Positions 27,370 through 36,619 of a stretch of 59,552 nt of DNA are shown piece after piece; within the stretch, counting starts at the first letter, position 1, and every line of letters begins with the position of its first letter. Both the position numbers and the translations under genes were made by a program. Location: assembly GCA_003551905.1 (NCBI GenBank), contig PUNT01000031.1, forward strand, positions 1-59,552. The letters are read 5' to 3'. The notes beneath the pieces are model-generated. The model did no database searches. It saw nothing but the letters and a program-made list of their open reading frames with translations, and was not told the DNA's origin. This stretch comes from Halanaerobiales bacterium. GTDB lineage: Bacteria; Bacillota; Halanaerobiia; B1SED10-174.

Positions 27370-28533
27370 ATGGCTACATTATTCAAGATGCCCAAATTTG
27401 GCCTGACCATGACTGAAGGGACTGTAGAAAACTGGCTGGTGGAAGAAGGTGATGAAGTAAAGGAAGGAGATCTTATAGTTGAAATATCTACAGAAAAAAT
27501 AACCAACAGTGTTGAAGCTCCAGCCACAGGGATTTTGAGGAAAAAGCTGGCAGCAGAAGGGGAAACTCTACCGGTTCAGGCTAACATTGGAGTAATTGCT
27601 GAACCTGATGAAGATATAACTCACCTCCTGGAAGATGGAGAAGAGGCTACAGCTGAAGAGGAGTTGCAGGCAGAATCAAAAGCTCAGCAAGAAGAGGAAA
27701 TTGAAAAAGAAGCAGAGGTAATTATTTCCCACCTGGCCAGGAAGTTAATTGACAAACATAAGATCAAGGATATTCATAAAATAGAAAGAAGCGGGCCACA
27801 AAACTCCATAACTAAAGGAGACGTAGAAAAGTACCTCAAAGGATTAAAAAAAGATCAGGAACAAACATTCAAGGAGAAAGAGTGGACGGAAAGAAGAAAA
27901 GTAATTGCCAGAAGAATGATGGAAAGCCTTGAGTCATCAGCCCAAACCACCCTGACAATGGACATTGATGTGACTGAACTGGTGAAGAAATATGCTCAGA
28001 AAAAACAGGAACTGGAAAGACAAGGCCTAAGGTTGACCTATACAGCTATCTTCGTCAAAAAAGTAGCAGAAGCTTTAGAAGAGCATCCAGCTCTCCTGAC
28101 AATAATTGAAGATGGCAAATTGCAAGAATTTAAGTCAATAAATATCGGTGTGGCTGTAGATGATGAAGAAGGCCTTATAGTGCCAGTAATTAAAGGTGTG
28201 GAAAAAATGGATTTACAAGCTGTCTCTAAAGAACTAACAGAGATTCAGAAAAAAATTCAGGAGAAAAAGCTCTCCCTGGCTGATCTGCAAGGAGGGGTAA
28301 TGACAGTTTCCAATCTGGGGATGCTGGGAATAAAATATTTTACCCCCATTCTCAACAGTCCTGAAAGCGCAATACTTGGCCTGGGCCGCATACAGGAAAA
28401 ACCGCTGATTGTGGAGGGAGAGATGGAAATAAGGTCAGTTCTGTACGCCAGTTTAACCCATGATCACAGGGTGTTTGATGGGGGAGAAGGAGCCCGTTTT
28501 CTCAACACTTTTGCTCGCCTATTGAATTCTTAG
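27370..28533 (+). CDS. Dihydrolipoamide acyltransferase (E2 component of a 2-oxoacid/acetoin dehydrogenase complex)
   Basis: Lipoyl domain (...IVEISTEKITNSVEAPATG...), E3/E1-binding domain (...SHLARKLIDKHKI...) and catalytic domain ending ...SLTHDHRVFDGGEGARFL. ATG 27370 follows AAAGGAGGA. Confidence 0.85.
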   Translation: MATLFKMPKFGLTMTEGTVENWLVEEGDEVKEGDLIVEISTEKITNSVEAPATGILRKKLAAEGETLPVQANIGVIAEPDEDITHLLEDGEEATAEEELQAESKAQQEEEIEKEAEVIISHLARKLIDKHKIKDIHKIERSGPQNSITKGDVEKYLKGLKKDQEQTFKEKEWTERRKVIARRMMESLESSAQTTLTMDIDVTELVKKYAQKKQELERQGLRLTYTAIFVKKVAEALEEHPALLTIIEDGKLQEFKSINIGVAVDDEEGLIVPVIKGVEKMDLQAVSKELTEIQKKIQEKKLSLADLQGGVMTVSNLGMLGIKYFTPILNSPESAILGLGRIQEKPLIVEGEMEIRSVLYASLTHDHRVFDGGEGARFLNTFARLLNS

Positions 28534-28677
28534 AAATTACCTAAGAAATAAATTTTGTGCCAATTTTTCCCAAGTCATCTTCCTCCTTGTCATAATAAGT
28601 GCAGTATTCTAACCCGGGTTCAGGGAAAACTAATACTGCTGGGAAGTATCTATTTATTATGAGGAGGTTGATGCTCC

Positions 28678-28998
28678 ATTCCAAGGCGCAATAGAATCAT
28701 CAATCCCCTGGCCAGAAGAGCCCTGGATGCCATGAAGTATGAAATAGCTGGCGAACTGGGCTACTTTAATCCCCAGGCTGATAAACCGGATGAGGAATAC
28801 CGTAAAGCCCTGGAAAGAATGAAGTACGAAGTAGCCGGGGAACTGGGAATTCCTCTAGATGGAAATTATAATGGGGATCTGAAAACCAGGGAAGCTGGAA
28901 TGATTGGTGGAAGACTGGGAGGCTATATTGGTGGTAATATGGTCCGCAGGATGATTAAAGATGCTGAGGAAAGGATGGCAGAGGATACCAGAAAATAA
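28678..28998 (+). CDS. Alpha/beta-type small acid-soluble spore protein, atypical (duplicated motifs)
   Basis: ...ALDAMKYEIAGELG... and ...ALERMKYEVAGELGIPL...TREAGMIGG...GGNMVRRMI match SASP signatures. Homology extends upstream of ATG 28732 (..NRIINPLARRALDA). The only plausible initiator after GAGGAGG (28661-28667) and the in-frame TGA (28669-28671) is ATT 28678. Confidence 0.7.
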   Translation: MPRRNRIINPLARRALDAMKYEIAGELGYFNPQADKPDEEYRKALERMKYEVAGELGIPLDGNYNGDLKTREAGMIGGRLGGYIGGNMVRRMIKDAEERMAEDTRK

Positions 28999-29015
28999 AT
29001 CTTGATGCTTCCCAT

Positions 29016-29047
29016 AGAGGAGAAGGATAATGCCTTCTCCTCTTTCA
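29016..29047 (+). terminator. Terminator after the SASP gene
   Basis: AGAGGAGAAGG (29016-29026) pairs with CCTTCTCCTCT (29033-29043), then TTTC. Confidence 0.6.
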
Positions 29048-29254
29048 ACTCTCTAAGGGGGATAATTAGTTTGTTTATCAAGAAATGGTGGAAGAGAACA
29101 AGAGTATATATTTATGGATCATCTCAGGAGATTGACTGGTTGTATTACGTGGTAGACGATGAATCTCGCGACGGGAGAGGAGAATATTGACGGATTAACA
29201 CAAATATTGTAAAATAAAACAATAGAACATATGAATATATGACGAGGTGTAAAA

Positions 29255-31114
29255 ATGAACACAGTTATAAAGATAATCATTCTGGGTACAGGCATACTGG
29301 GTGGCCAGTTACTGCTGCACCTTGACTATTTAGCTTTATACAGGGGACTCATGTTAGCTACCATAATAATTGGTGGCGGAGATCTGGCTTTTAAAGGTTT
29401 TCGGGCCCTGTTACAAAGGCAGATAGGCTTGAATCTCTTGATGACCATTGCAGTGACTGGAGCTATCCTCCTGGGAGAACTCTTCGAGGGGGCTCTGGTC
29501 CTTTTTCTTTTCAATATAGGATCATTCCTGGAGAGCCGGGCAGTGGAAAAGACCAGAAGTTCAGTGGAAGACTTGCTGGCCTTATCTCCTCTCCAGGCCC
29601 GGGTGATCAAATCAGGCGGACAGGAGGAGAAATGCCTGGTAGAAAATGTCCCCATCGGTTCTACAATTCTTATCAAGCCAGGTGAACGGATTCCCCTGGA
29701 TGGTCAGGTCAAAACCGGGGAAGCCTGGGTAGACCAATCAGCAATTACCGGTGAGGCTGGCGTTGTTTTTAAGGCTAATGGAGATGAAGTGTTCTCTGGT
29801 TCAGTACTGGAAAACGGTTTTCTGGAGGTTAAGACAACCCGAACAGCGTCTAATAGCACACTGGCCAGGGTGGCCAGGCTGGTGGAGGAGGCTCAGGATT
29901 CCAAGGGGCCCAGGCAGCGATTTATGGATAGATTTGCTGCCCTCTACACACCATGGGTAATTGCTTTTTCCATTGCCATAATGCTGGTTCCGCCACTTTT
30001 ACTGGGGTTGGATTTTCGTCCCTGGGTATACAGGGGACTTGCTCTCCTGATAGTTGCCTGTCCCTGTGCCATGGTGATTTCCATTCCGGTTGCCATTGTC
30101 ACTGCCTTAGGTCGGGGAGCCCGGGAAGGCATTCTAATCAAGGGAGGGCAGTATCTGGAGATCCTGGGTAATCTTAAAGCCATGGCTTTTGATAAGACCG
30201 GGACCCTGACCAGGGGACAGCCTGTTATTGCCAAAGTATATTGTGTATCGGGATGGAGCAGGGATGAGGTTTTGTCCCTGGCTGCCAGTGTGGAAGCTCG
30301 TTCCCAGCATCCCCTGGCCCGGGCTGTTCTAAAAGAGGCTGAGGCCAGTAATGTTTCTTATAAAACGGTAAAAAATTTTTCCAACTACGAGGGTCTGGGT
30401 GCTTCTGGTGGCCAGGAAGAAAATAGTATTTTGATCGGCAGTCCCAAATTCATGGAGTACCGACAGGTGGACACAAGGCAGCTGCAGGAAAAAGAACAAA
30501 GGTTGGATCAATCCGGGTTAACCCCGGCATATGTGGCTAAAGATGGCAGAGCAGTTGGTCTTTTAGGCGCCCTGGATCCCCTGCAGGAGGATGCTCACAG
30601 CATGCTACGGGAGATAAAGAAGCTGGGATTGGAGGAAGTGGTTATTCTAACCGGTGATAGAAACAGTGTTGCTTCTTCTATGGCCAGAGACCTAGAAGGC
30701 ATAAAGTTTGCTGCTGAGCTTCTGCCTCAGGATAAGCAGCGACTCATTTCTGAGATGAGCAGGAGTTATGGCAATGTGGCCATGGTAGGTGATGGGATAA
30801 ATGATGCACCAGCCCTGGCCCGGGCTCCTGTTGGTATGGCCATTGGTGTTCGCGGATCCCATATTGCCATGGAATCTGCAGGGGTAGTAATCATGGGCGA
30901 AGGCATAGGCCTGGTTGCCCGGGCTCTGCATCTGGGCAAAGAGGCACTTTCAATTATCCGGCAGAATATTGTCCTTTCCATAGGTTTAAAGGTCCTGGCT
31001 CTATTTTTGATTTCTGCTGGTTTCCTGGGGCTCTGGATGGCTGTTCTTGCTGATACAGGTGTAACACTTCTGGTAGTTCTTAACAGCCTGCGCTTGAACT
31101 ATATAAAATTCTGA
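29255..31114 (+). CDS. Heavy-metal (Zn/Cd/Co-type) P1B-ATPase without N-terminal HMA domain
   Basis: ...ACPCAMVISIP... (CPC), ...AFDKTGTLT..., ...SQHPLA..., ...GDGINDAPAL... 619 aa, starting directly with TM helices. Confidence 0.9.
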   Translation: MNTVIKIIILGTGILGGQLLLHLDYLALYRGLMLATIIIGGGDLAFKGFRALLQRQIGLNLLMTIAVTGAILLGELFEGALVLFLFNIGSFLESRAVEKTRSSVEDLLALSPLQARVIKSGGQEEKCLVENVPIGSTILIKPGERIPLDGQVKTGEAWVDQSAITGEAGVVFKANGDEVFSGSVLENGFLEVKTTRTASNSTLARVARLVEEAQDSKGPRQRFMDRFAALYTPWVIAFSIAIMLVPPLLLGLDFRPWVYRGLALLIVACPCAMVISIPVAIVTALGRGAREGILIKGGQYLEILGNLKAMAFDKTGTLTRGQPVIAKVYCVSGWSRDEVLSLAASVEARSQHPLARAVLKEAEASNVSYKTVKNFSNYEGLGASGGQEENSILIGSPKFMEYRQVDTRQLQEKEQRLDQSGLTPAYVAKDGRAVGLLGALDPLQEDAHSMLREIKKLGLEEVVILTGDRNSVASSMARDLEGIKFAAELLPQDKQRLISEMSRSYGNVAMVGDGINDAPALARAPVGMAIGVRGSHIAMESAGVVIMGEGIGLVARALHLGKEALSIIRQNIVLSIGLKVLALFLISAGFLGLWMAVLADTGVTLLVVLNSLRLNYIKF

Positions 31115-31123
31115 TACAAGGAG

Positions 31124-31435
31124 GTGGTGGGCCTGGATTGTCAGGAAAAACAACAGGTAATCGAGCTGATGTCAGCTATATTCAAGAGTCTAGGAGAACC
31201 AACCAGGTTAACCATCCTGCTCACCCTTATACAGGGAGAAAAAAAAGTTGAATCGCTGGCAGCTATAATGGGGGTTAGTTCCTCTACCATTTCACATCAT
31301 TTGCGGGTTTTGCGAAATTTGCGTGTGGTCAAGTATCGCAGGCAGGGAAGGCATGTTTATTACAATCTGGATGATGAGCATATCAAAAATATAGTATTAC
31401 AGGGTCTGGCCCATGTTAAGGAGGATGAGGTATAA
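31124..31435 (+). CDS. ArsR/SmtB-family metalloregulator with alpha5-type site
   Basis: ...LGEPTRLTILLTL..., ...SSSTISHHLRVLRNLRVV..., and C-terminal D-E-H-x10-H-x2-E (DDEHIKNIVLQGLAHVKE) as in CzrA/SmtB alpha5 sites. Exact start uncertain because the SD abuts GTG 31124. Confidence 0.8.
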   Translation: MVGLDCQEKQQVIELMSAIFKSLGEPTRLTILLTLIQGEKKVESLAAIMGVSSSTISHHLRVLRNLRVVKYRRQGRHVYYNLDDEHIKNIVLQGLAHVKEDEV

Positions 31436-31442
31436 GTAGGTA

Positions 31443-31624
31443 CCTCCACTTATAGAAGTGATGGCTTGCGGTGAAACCAACAAGACATAAGCCACAAGCT
31501 GACTAGCCTGAGCTCTAAGAGAGCTACGTTATCTTAGTTATGATACCTTCGGATGATGCCCTGGTTCGTTGGCTAAACAATTTCATCCCTCACTTACGCT
31601 TTGCTTAGAAGTAGGGGGCTTTTT
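31443..31624 (+). ncRNA. Candidate structured RNA (rod-like, 6S-like) or an unusually long structured 3'UTR/terminator
   Basis: Five collinear helices pair 31443-31481 with 31568-31618 (CCTCC/GGGGG, ACTT/AAGT, AAGTGA/TCACTT, TGAAA/TTTCA, CCAAC/GTTGG). Apical hairpin AGCTC-TAAGA-GAGCT at 31511-31525. The 3' arm ends in GGGGGCTTTTT. Confidence 0.3.
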
Positions 31625-31684
31625 GCCAAAAGCGGTTAAAAGGAAAAAAAGGTCGAAAGTCGAAAGAAAGTAGGGAGGGGGAAG

Positions 31685-33865
31685 GTGCCCGTGGATAAAA
31701 GAATTCTGTTAATAGCAACAGTAACCATATTTTACATATTTACCATGCTTTCTGTGCCCTGTATTAAAGCTCAGGATAGTGTGCCGGTTCATATTGAAGG
31801 CAGGGATACCGGTCATCATGGTCACATGTGGGATGGCACATTCTTTATACCCATACGGGCACTGGAGCAGGATTTTGCAATGGAAATGCAGTGGCTGGGT
31901 AGTTTGAAACTCCTGCATGTTAAATTAGATGGGGTGAATTTCCGCATTCGGGAAGGTGATGGCAACATGCAGGTAGAATCCAGCCTGGTTAAGATAACTC
32001 CTCCCCGAATACATGAAGACAAGATCTGGATTCCTGCATCAGATGTCCTGGATGTTCTTGATTACACTGTTGAATTCGATCCGGAGAAGAATATTTTACA
32101 TATAGGCAAAGAGCCAAAGATAATTGCCGGAGTGGAGTTTGATCCTCAGGAGCAAACTCTAACCGTATCAGCAGAAGAACCTATTAGATACAATGTTCTG
32201 GAGAGGGATTCCTTTGTGCTCCAGCTTTATCAGGTGGACACCTGTGATGATTTTGAGCTGATTTTTGCTGATGAGGAAGGTGACCTGCAGAAAGATTTCC
32301 CCTGGAATATGCGGATTGCCATGCCGACCCTACCAGGTCCCAGGGAGGTTCTGGAAGTTGAAGATGATGAAGGGTACAGCCTTATTTTCAAGTTTCCCAG
32401 CCGTCTTGTTGGGCTGGATTACTCAAAGGAGCGTTTACAGGTAAAAACAGCAGGTACCATTGAAGATTATAGGATAATTGAGGTTGATGATGGGGACAGG
32501 CTTGTGTTAGAGTTGGAAGGTGTTATTGTCGGTAAGGGGCTGGAAACTGGCCAGGGAGTACAGATAGAACAGGTTAAAACCGACCCTCCCGTTATACAGA
32601 TAGAAATACCTTTTGCAGACAAGATGGAATACAGTTTACATAAGCCGGATAATAAAAGCATTATTGTAGAGCTGGGAAAACAGAATTACATAGAAGATAT
32701 CAGGTGGTCAAAAGAAAAAGGGCTGGAGATAGTATCCAGCAAGGCAGTTTCTTTAAATTCTTTTACCCTGGAAGAACCCCTGCGGAAGGTATTTGATATT
32801 CCTGCTACCAGGCTGGCAGGCAATGCTTCAACTATAGATGTGGATGATGGGACTATTGAAAGGATCAGATATTCTCAGTTTGACCAGGAAACAGTCCGGG
32901 TTGTCCTGGATTTAAATTATCTGCCAGAGTATAGGGTTGAAGAGTGGCAGGAGAGGACAGGCAGTACCCGAATTGCTTTCCAGCACAGGGTTTTCCAGAT
33001 TGCCCAGGAAGAAGAATTAACCAAAGAACTTTATCACATAAAATTAACCGGTGAGGCCGAATATGATGTTCATTACCTATCTTCACCTTACCGGGTGGTG
33101 GTGGATATCAAAAACGCAGTTTTAGGCATGGAAGAGGACATGCCCCGGGAAACTGAACTCCTCCGGGGATTGCGGGCCAGTCAGTTTTCCAGAGATCCTG
33201 ATGTTGTCAGGGTGGTCTTTGATCTTGCCCATAATCCCAAGAATAGCATACTCAGTTCCCCCCGTAGCGACACAATAACCCTGGAATTTACCAAGTCGCC
33301 TTTTTTGGGCAGGGTTATTGTTATCGATCCCGGCCATGGAGGATTTGACCCGGGAGCTATTGGACCAGCAGGAACTTATGAAAAGGATATAGTTCTGGAT
33401 ATCAGCTTGCGTTTGCGAGAACTTTTGCAGCCAACAGGCGTCCGGATAATAATGACCCGGGACAAAGATGAATTTGTATCCCTCTGGGCCCGGACCGAGC
33501 TGGCCAATAAGGTGAATGCAGATGCTTTTATCAGCGTGCATGCCAATGCCCATGTCCGGGGTATTCCTGAAGGGATTGAGACCTACATAAGTCCCAGATG
33601 TCATCAGTATTCTTTTAGGCTGGCTGAATTTGTGCATAGAGAAGTTGTTAGGGAACTGGGCCTCAGGGACCGGGGGGTAAAACAGGAGAACTATAAGATA
33701 ATAGATCCCTTGAAGGTGCCGGGCATACTGCTGGAAGTGGCTTTTCTATCCAACCCGCTGGAAGAGAGAATTCTCAGGGATGCAAACAGAAGGCAGGATA
33801 TTGCTGAAGCCATATTCCGGGGACTGAATGAATACTTCACACAATTACGCCGGGAGGGAAGATAA
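31685..33865 (+). CDS. N-acetylmuramoyl-L-alanine amidase (Amidase_3) with stalk and AMIN-like repeats
   Basis: 726 aa. GTG after GGGAGGGGG. Signal anchor and a copper-amine-oxidase-N-like stalk. C-terminal ...VIVIDPGHGGFDPGAIGPAG..., ...FISVHANA..., ...PGILLEVAFLSNP... Confidence 0.85.
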   Translation: MPVDKRILLIATVTIFYIFTMLSVPCIKAQDSVPVHIEGRDTGHHGHMWDGTFFIPIRALEQDFAMEMQWLGSLKLLHVKLDGVNFRIREGDGNMQVESSLVKITPPRIHEDKIWIPASDVLDVLDYTVEFDPEKNILHIGKEPKIIAGVEFDPQEQTLTVSAEEPIRYNVLERDSFVLQLYQVDTCDDFELIFADEEGDLQKDFPWNMRIAMPTLPGPREVLEVEDDEGYSLIFKFPSRLVGLDYSKERLQVKTAGTIEDYRIIEVDDGDRLVLELEGVIVGKGLETGQGVQIEQVKTDPPVIQIEIPFADKMEYSLHKPDNKSIIVELGKQNYIEDIRWSKEKGLEIVSSKAVSLNSFTLEEPLRKVFDIPATRLAGNASTIDVDDGTIERIRYSQFDQETVRVVLDLNYLPEYRVEEWQERTGSTRIAFQHRVFQIAQEEELTKELYHIKLTGEAEYDVHYLSSPYRVVVDIKNAVLGMEEDMPRETELLRGLRASQFSRDPDVVRVVFDLAHNPKNSILSSPRSDTITLEFTKSPFLGRVIVIDPGHGGFDPGAIGPAGTYEKDIVLDISLRLRELLQPTGVRIIMTRDKDEFVSLWARTELANKVNADAFISVHANAHVRGIPEGIETYISPRCHQYSFRLAEFVHREVVRELGLRDRGVKQENYKIIDPLKVPGILLEVAFLSNPLEERILRDANRRQDIAEAIFRGLNEYFTQLRREGR

Positions 33866-33867
33866 AG

Positions 33868-34410
33868 ATGCAGGAATATGCTTTGCAATATGCGCATATT
33901 TTATTTCCCATAGGCATTTTTTTTCTCAGAATCATCGATGTTTCCCTGGGCACCATAAGGATTATAATGATTTTCCGGGGGAAAAAAGCTCATGCTGCTT
34001 TCATTGGTTTTGTAGAGATAACCATATTCATTGTTGCTCTGGGGACTGTTGTTACCAACCTGGATAATTTGTGGAACATACTGGCGTACTCAGGTGGGTT
34101 TGCCGGCGGGACACTATTGGGTAGTTATATTGAGGAGAAGCTGGCTCTGGGCTTTATGACTGTTCAGTTGATTCCTACCAGAGATGCCGGCAAATTATCA
34201 TGTAAACTGAGGGAGGAGGGCTTTGGTGTTACCTGTTTCGATGCCTGGGGCAAGGAAGGTCAAAAAACGGTGCTCAACCTTCATCTTTTCCGGCGGGATT
34301 GGGATAAATTGCGCCGGTTTCTGGAAGTTGCAGACCCCGGGGCCTTTGTTGCTGTAATGGACACCCGCAGCACCAAAGGGGGTTATCTGAAGCTCTTGAA
34401 GAAGAGATGA
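33868..34410 (+). CDS. UPF0316 family membrane protein (DUF2179 C-terminal domain)
   Basis: ...FFLRIIDVSLGTIRIIMIFRGKK... plus 3 TM and a soluble C-terminal domain. 180 aa, as in B. subtilis YebE-type proteins. Confidence 0.7.
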   Translation: MQEYALQYAHILFPIGIFFLRIIDVSLGTIRIIMIFRGKKAHAAFIGFVEITIFIVALGTVVTNLDNLWNILAYSGGFAGGTLLGSYIEEKLALGFMTVQLIPTRDAGKLSCKLREEGFGVTCFDAWGKEGQKTVLNLHLFRRDWDKLRRFLEVADPGAFVAVMDTRSTKGGYLKLLKKR

Positions 34411-34895
34411 CCCAAGTTCTTATTTGGTTATTAACAGTAATTCTTATACTAGCAGGTTTTTTGGGAACTCTTTTGCCTATTTTACCGGGGCCTTTCCTGG
34501 TCTGGTTGGGTATTTTTCTTTTTGCAGCCCTGGATGGATTTACAAGTGTCAGCATCATTCATGTTAGCTATCAGGCGCTTCTTGCGGTTCTCACTGTTCT
34601 GGTGGACTGGGCAAGCCAGGTTTTGGGAATTAAGAGGCAGGGTGGCTCCCGAGGTGCAGTATGGGGAGCGGTTTTGGGAGCAATCATTGGTCCCTTTCTC
34701 CTGGGCATAATAGGTTTAGTTGTTGGCCCCCTGGTAATGGCTTTCCTGGTGGAATTGCTGATAAAGAAAAGCCCCCTGAAGGCCTTAAAGGTAAGCCTGG
34801 GGACTTTAATTGGTTTGTTAGGGGGAACATTTTTAAAGATTTTTATCGTAATTATCATGATTGTGTTGTTTTTTTACAATGCTGTAATCCTATGA
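34407..34895 (+). CDS. DUF456 family membrane protein
   Basis: 162 aa, 4 TM. ...GFLGTLLPILPGPFLVWLG... motif. ATGA overlap with the upstream gene. Confidence 0.65.
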   Translation: MTQVLIWLLTVILILAGFLGTLLPILPGPFLVWLGIFLFAALDGFTSVSIIHVSYQALLAVLTVLVDWASQVLGIKRQGGSRGAVWGAVLGAIIGPFLLGIIGLVVGPLVMAFLVELLIKKSPLKALKVSLGTLIGLLGGTFLKIFIVIIMIVLFFYNAVIL

Positions 34896-36185
34896 GCGGG
34901 GGATATTAAAACTGTTGGCCATGCGTCTTATTTCTTCTGCTACATGGAAGACAGTTTTACTGGTTTTTTCAACCTCTTCATAAATTGCTGATTGTTCTTT
35001 GGTGAGATCTACAGTTTCCCCGGCTCGGGTGTTGATGGTTTCGGAAAAATCTGCCAGATCTTCTAGTGAAGATAGCAGTTTGGAAGTGTCCTGGGATATA
35101 ATATTAGATGATGTGCTGATCTCTTTATTTCTTTCGGTAATGCCCTGGATGCTGTTGAGAATCCGGTCAAATCTGGTCCTGGTAGTTCGGAGAGTTTCCC
35201 CGCCCTGAGTAACCCGGCTGCGGGTTTCTCCTATGTAATGGGATATTTCTTTTATGGTTTCTTGAGTTTCTTCGATGGTTTCAGTGATGTTGCCGGTTGC
35301 TTGTGATGCTTCCTGGGAGAGCTCACGAATTCTTGTGGCTACTATGGCAAAACTGGAACCGTGTTCTCCAGCCCGGGCTGCTTCGATGGCTGCATTTAAA
35401 GCCAGGAGATGGGTTTGCTTGGAAATATCATTGATGGTGTTAATAATTTCTTCTATGCGTTGAGAGGCTTTTTCCAGAGAAGCCAATGTGTCCACCGATT
35501 TCTGGGTGGTTTCATCCATGAGGCTGAATCGGTCTTCAGCCGCTTCTAAAGATTCAGTGCCTTCTTTGGCCAGAAGTTCCATGTTTTGAGATGTGGTTAG
35601 AGATTTTTCTGTGAGATTGGTTACATTATTGATGTTTTTGGCCAGATTGTCCAGGAGTTCCAGGTTCTTTTTGATGTTTTCTCCCTGTTCTTCAGCTTCC
35701 TGGGCAAAATCTTCAATAGCACGGGCTACCTGTGTATTGGTTTTGCTGGAGGTGCTGATGTTCTGGGACAGATAGCTGGCAGTCTTGTTCAATTCCTCCA
35801 CCTGCTCCTGATAGCGGGAAAATGTATTGAGCAAATTCTCCCGCATAATTTCCAGACCTTTTAGAGCTCCTTCCATTTCCTTGGAACGGATATCTTCCAA
35901 ACTAGCCGAAAGATCGAAGTTGCCAATGGATCTGGCAAAGTTGCCTATGGCATAGGCAGGAAGGGTGTACTGCCTGAAACTCCTCACACCAGCACTGAAT
36001 GTAAGGATAAAAGCAAAGGCCAGTCCCAGGAGGGCGCCCAGAAAATACTGTTCACGGGTAGGGGCTTCAACTACAGCAAAGACTACGAACAGACCGGCAA
36101 TCAGCCCCCCCGGAAGGGTGATTATGGATGTTCGGAGGAGAAAAAGCCAGCCTTCCGGGTAGAAAAAGAAATTTTCGCGTTTCAT
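34890..36185 (-). CDS. Methyl-accepting chemotaxis protein (no periplasmic sensor domain)
   Basis: ...QTHLLALNAAIEAARAGEHGSSFAIVATRIRELS... signalling hairpin. 2 TM plus HAMP-like. ATG 36185 follows GGGAGGA (ORF track 36200). Confidence 0.85.
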   Translation of the reverse strand: MKRENFFFYPEGWLFLLRTSIITLPGGLIAGLFVVFAVVEAPTREQYFLGALLGLAFAFILTFSAGVRSFRQYTLPAYAIGNFARSIGNFDLSASLEDIRSKEMEGALKGLEIMRENLLNTFSRYQEQVEELNKTASYLSQNISTSSKTNTQVARAIEDFAQEAEEQGENIKKNLELLDNLAKNINNVTNLTEKSLTTSQNMELLAKEGTESLEAAEDRFSLMDETTQKSVDTLASLEKASQRIEEIINTINDISKQTHLLALNAAIEAARAGEHGSSFAIVATRIRELSQEASQATGNITETIEETQETIKEISHYIGETRSRVTQGGETLRTTRTRFDRILNSIQGITERNKEISTSSNIISQDTSKLLSSLEDLADFSETINTRAGETVDLTKEQSAIYEEVEKTSKTVFHVAEEIRRMANSFNIPRS

Positions 36186-36619
36186 CCGATATCCTCCCAT
36201 TATATTTATTTTAATCCAATTTATTGGGCAAGCAGGAAAAATAGTAGCTTTTATAGGGACATTTGTTGTACAATGTCATAAGTTGCAGGTAGGGAAGTAT
36301 GATTTATAATTCTACAATATGGAAGACATGTCCTGCTTTTGTGGTAATTTCTACATTCCCAATGAGGCCTTGTGAGTAAGTAAGTAACTGAATTTGCAAA
36401 ACAGCTAAAGGAAAGCTATAAAAATCTCAACATTAAATTATTTCGTGTCCGCATTGGATTATCCTGCCTTTTTAAATCGAATTAGTATAAAACAGTACAA
36501 TAATATAGATTATAGAGATACCAATACCGGGGAATAAGTTAGCAGCATGAGGATTAACAGTGTTTTGAACTACTGATCCGGCAAAAAACCTATCAGATAT
36601 CAGAAAAGGAGTGGAAGTT

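Noticed and set aside
28534-28660. Forespore (sigma-G type) promoter for the SASP gene
   Set aside because: A CATAATA element exists (~28600), but no acceptable -35 sits at 17-18-nt spacing, so no promoter could be supported by eye.
29002-29190. 62-aa ORF after the SASP gene
   Set aside because: It starts inside the SASP terminator hairpin, and it has no SD and no motifs.
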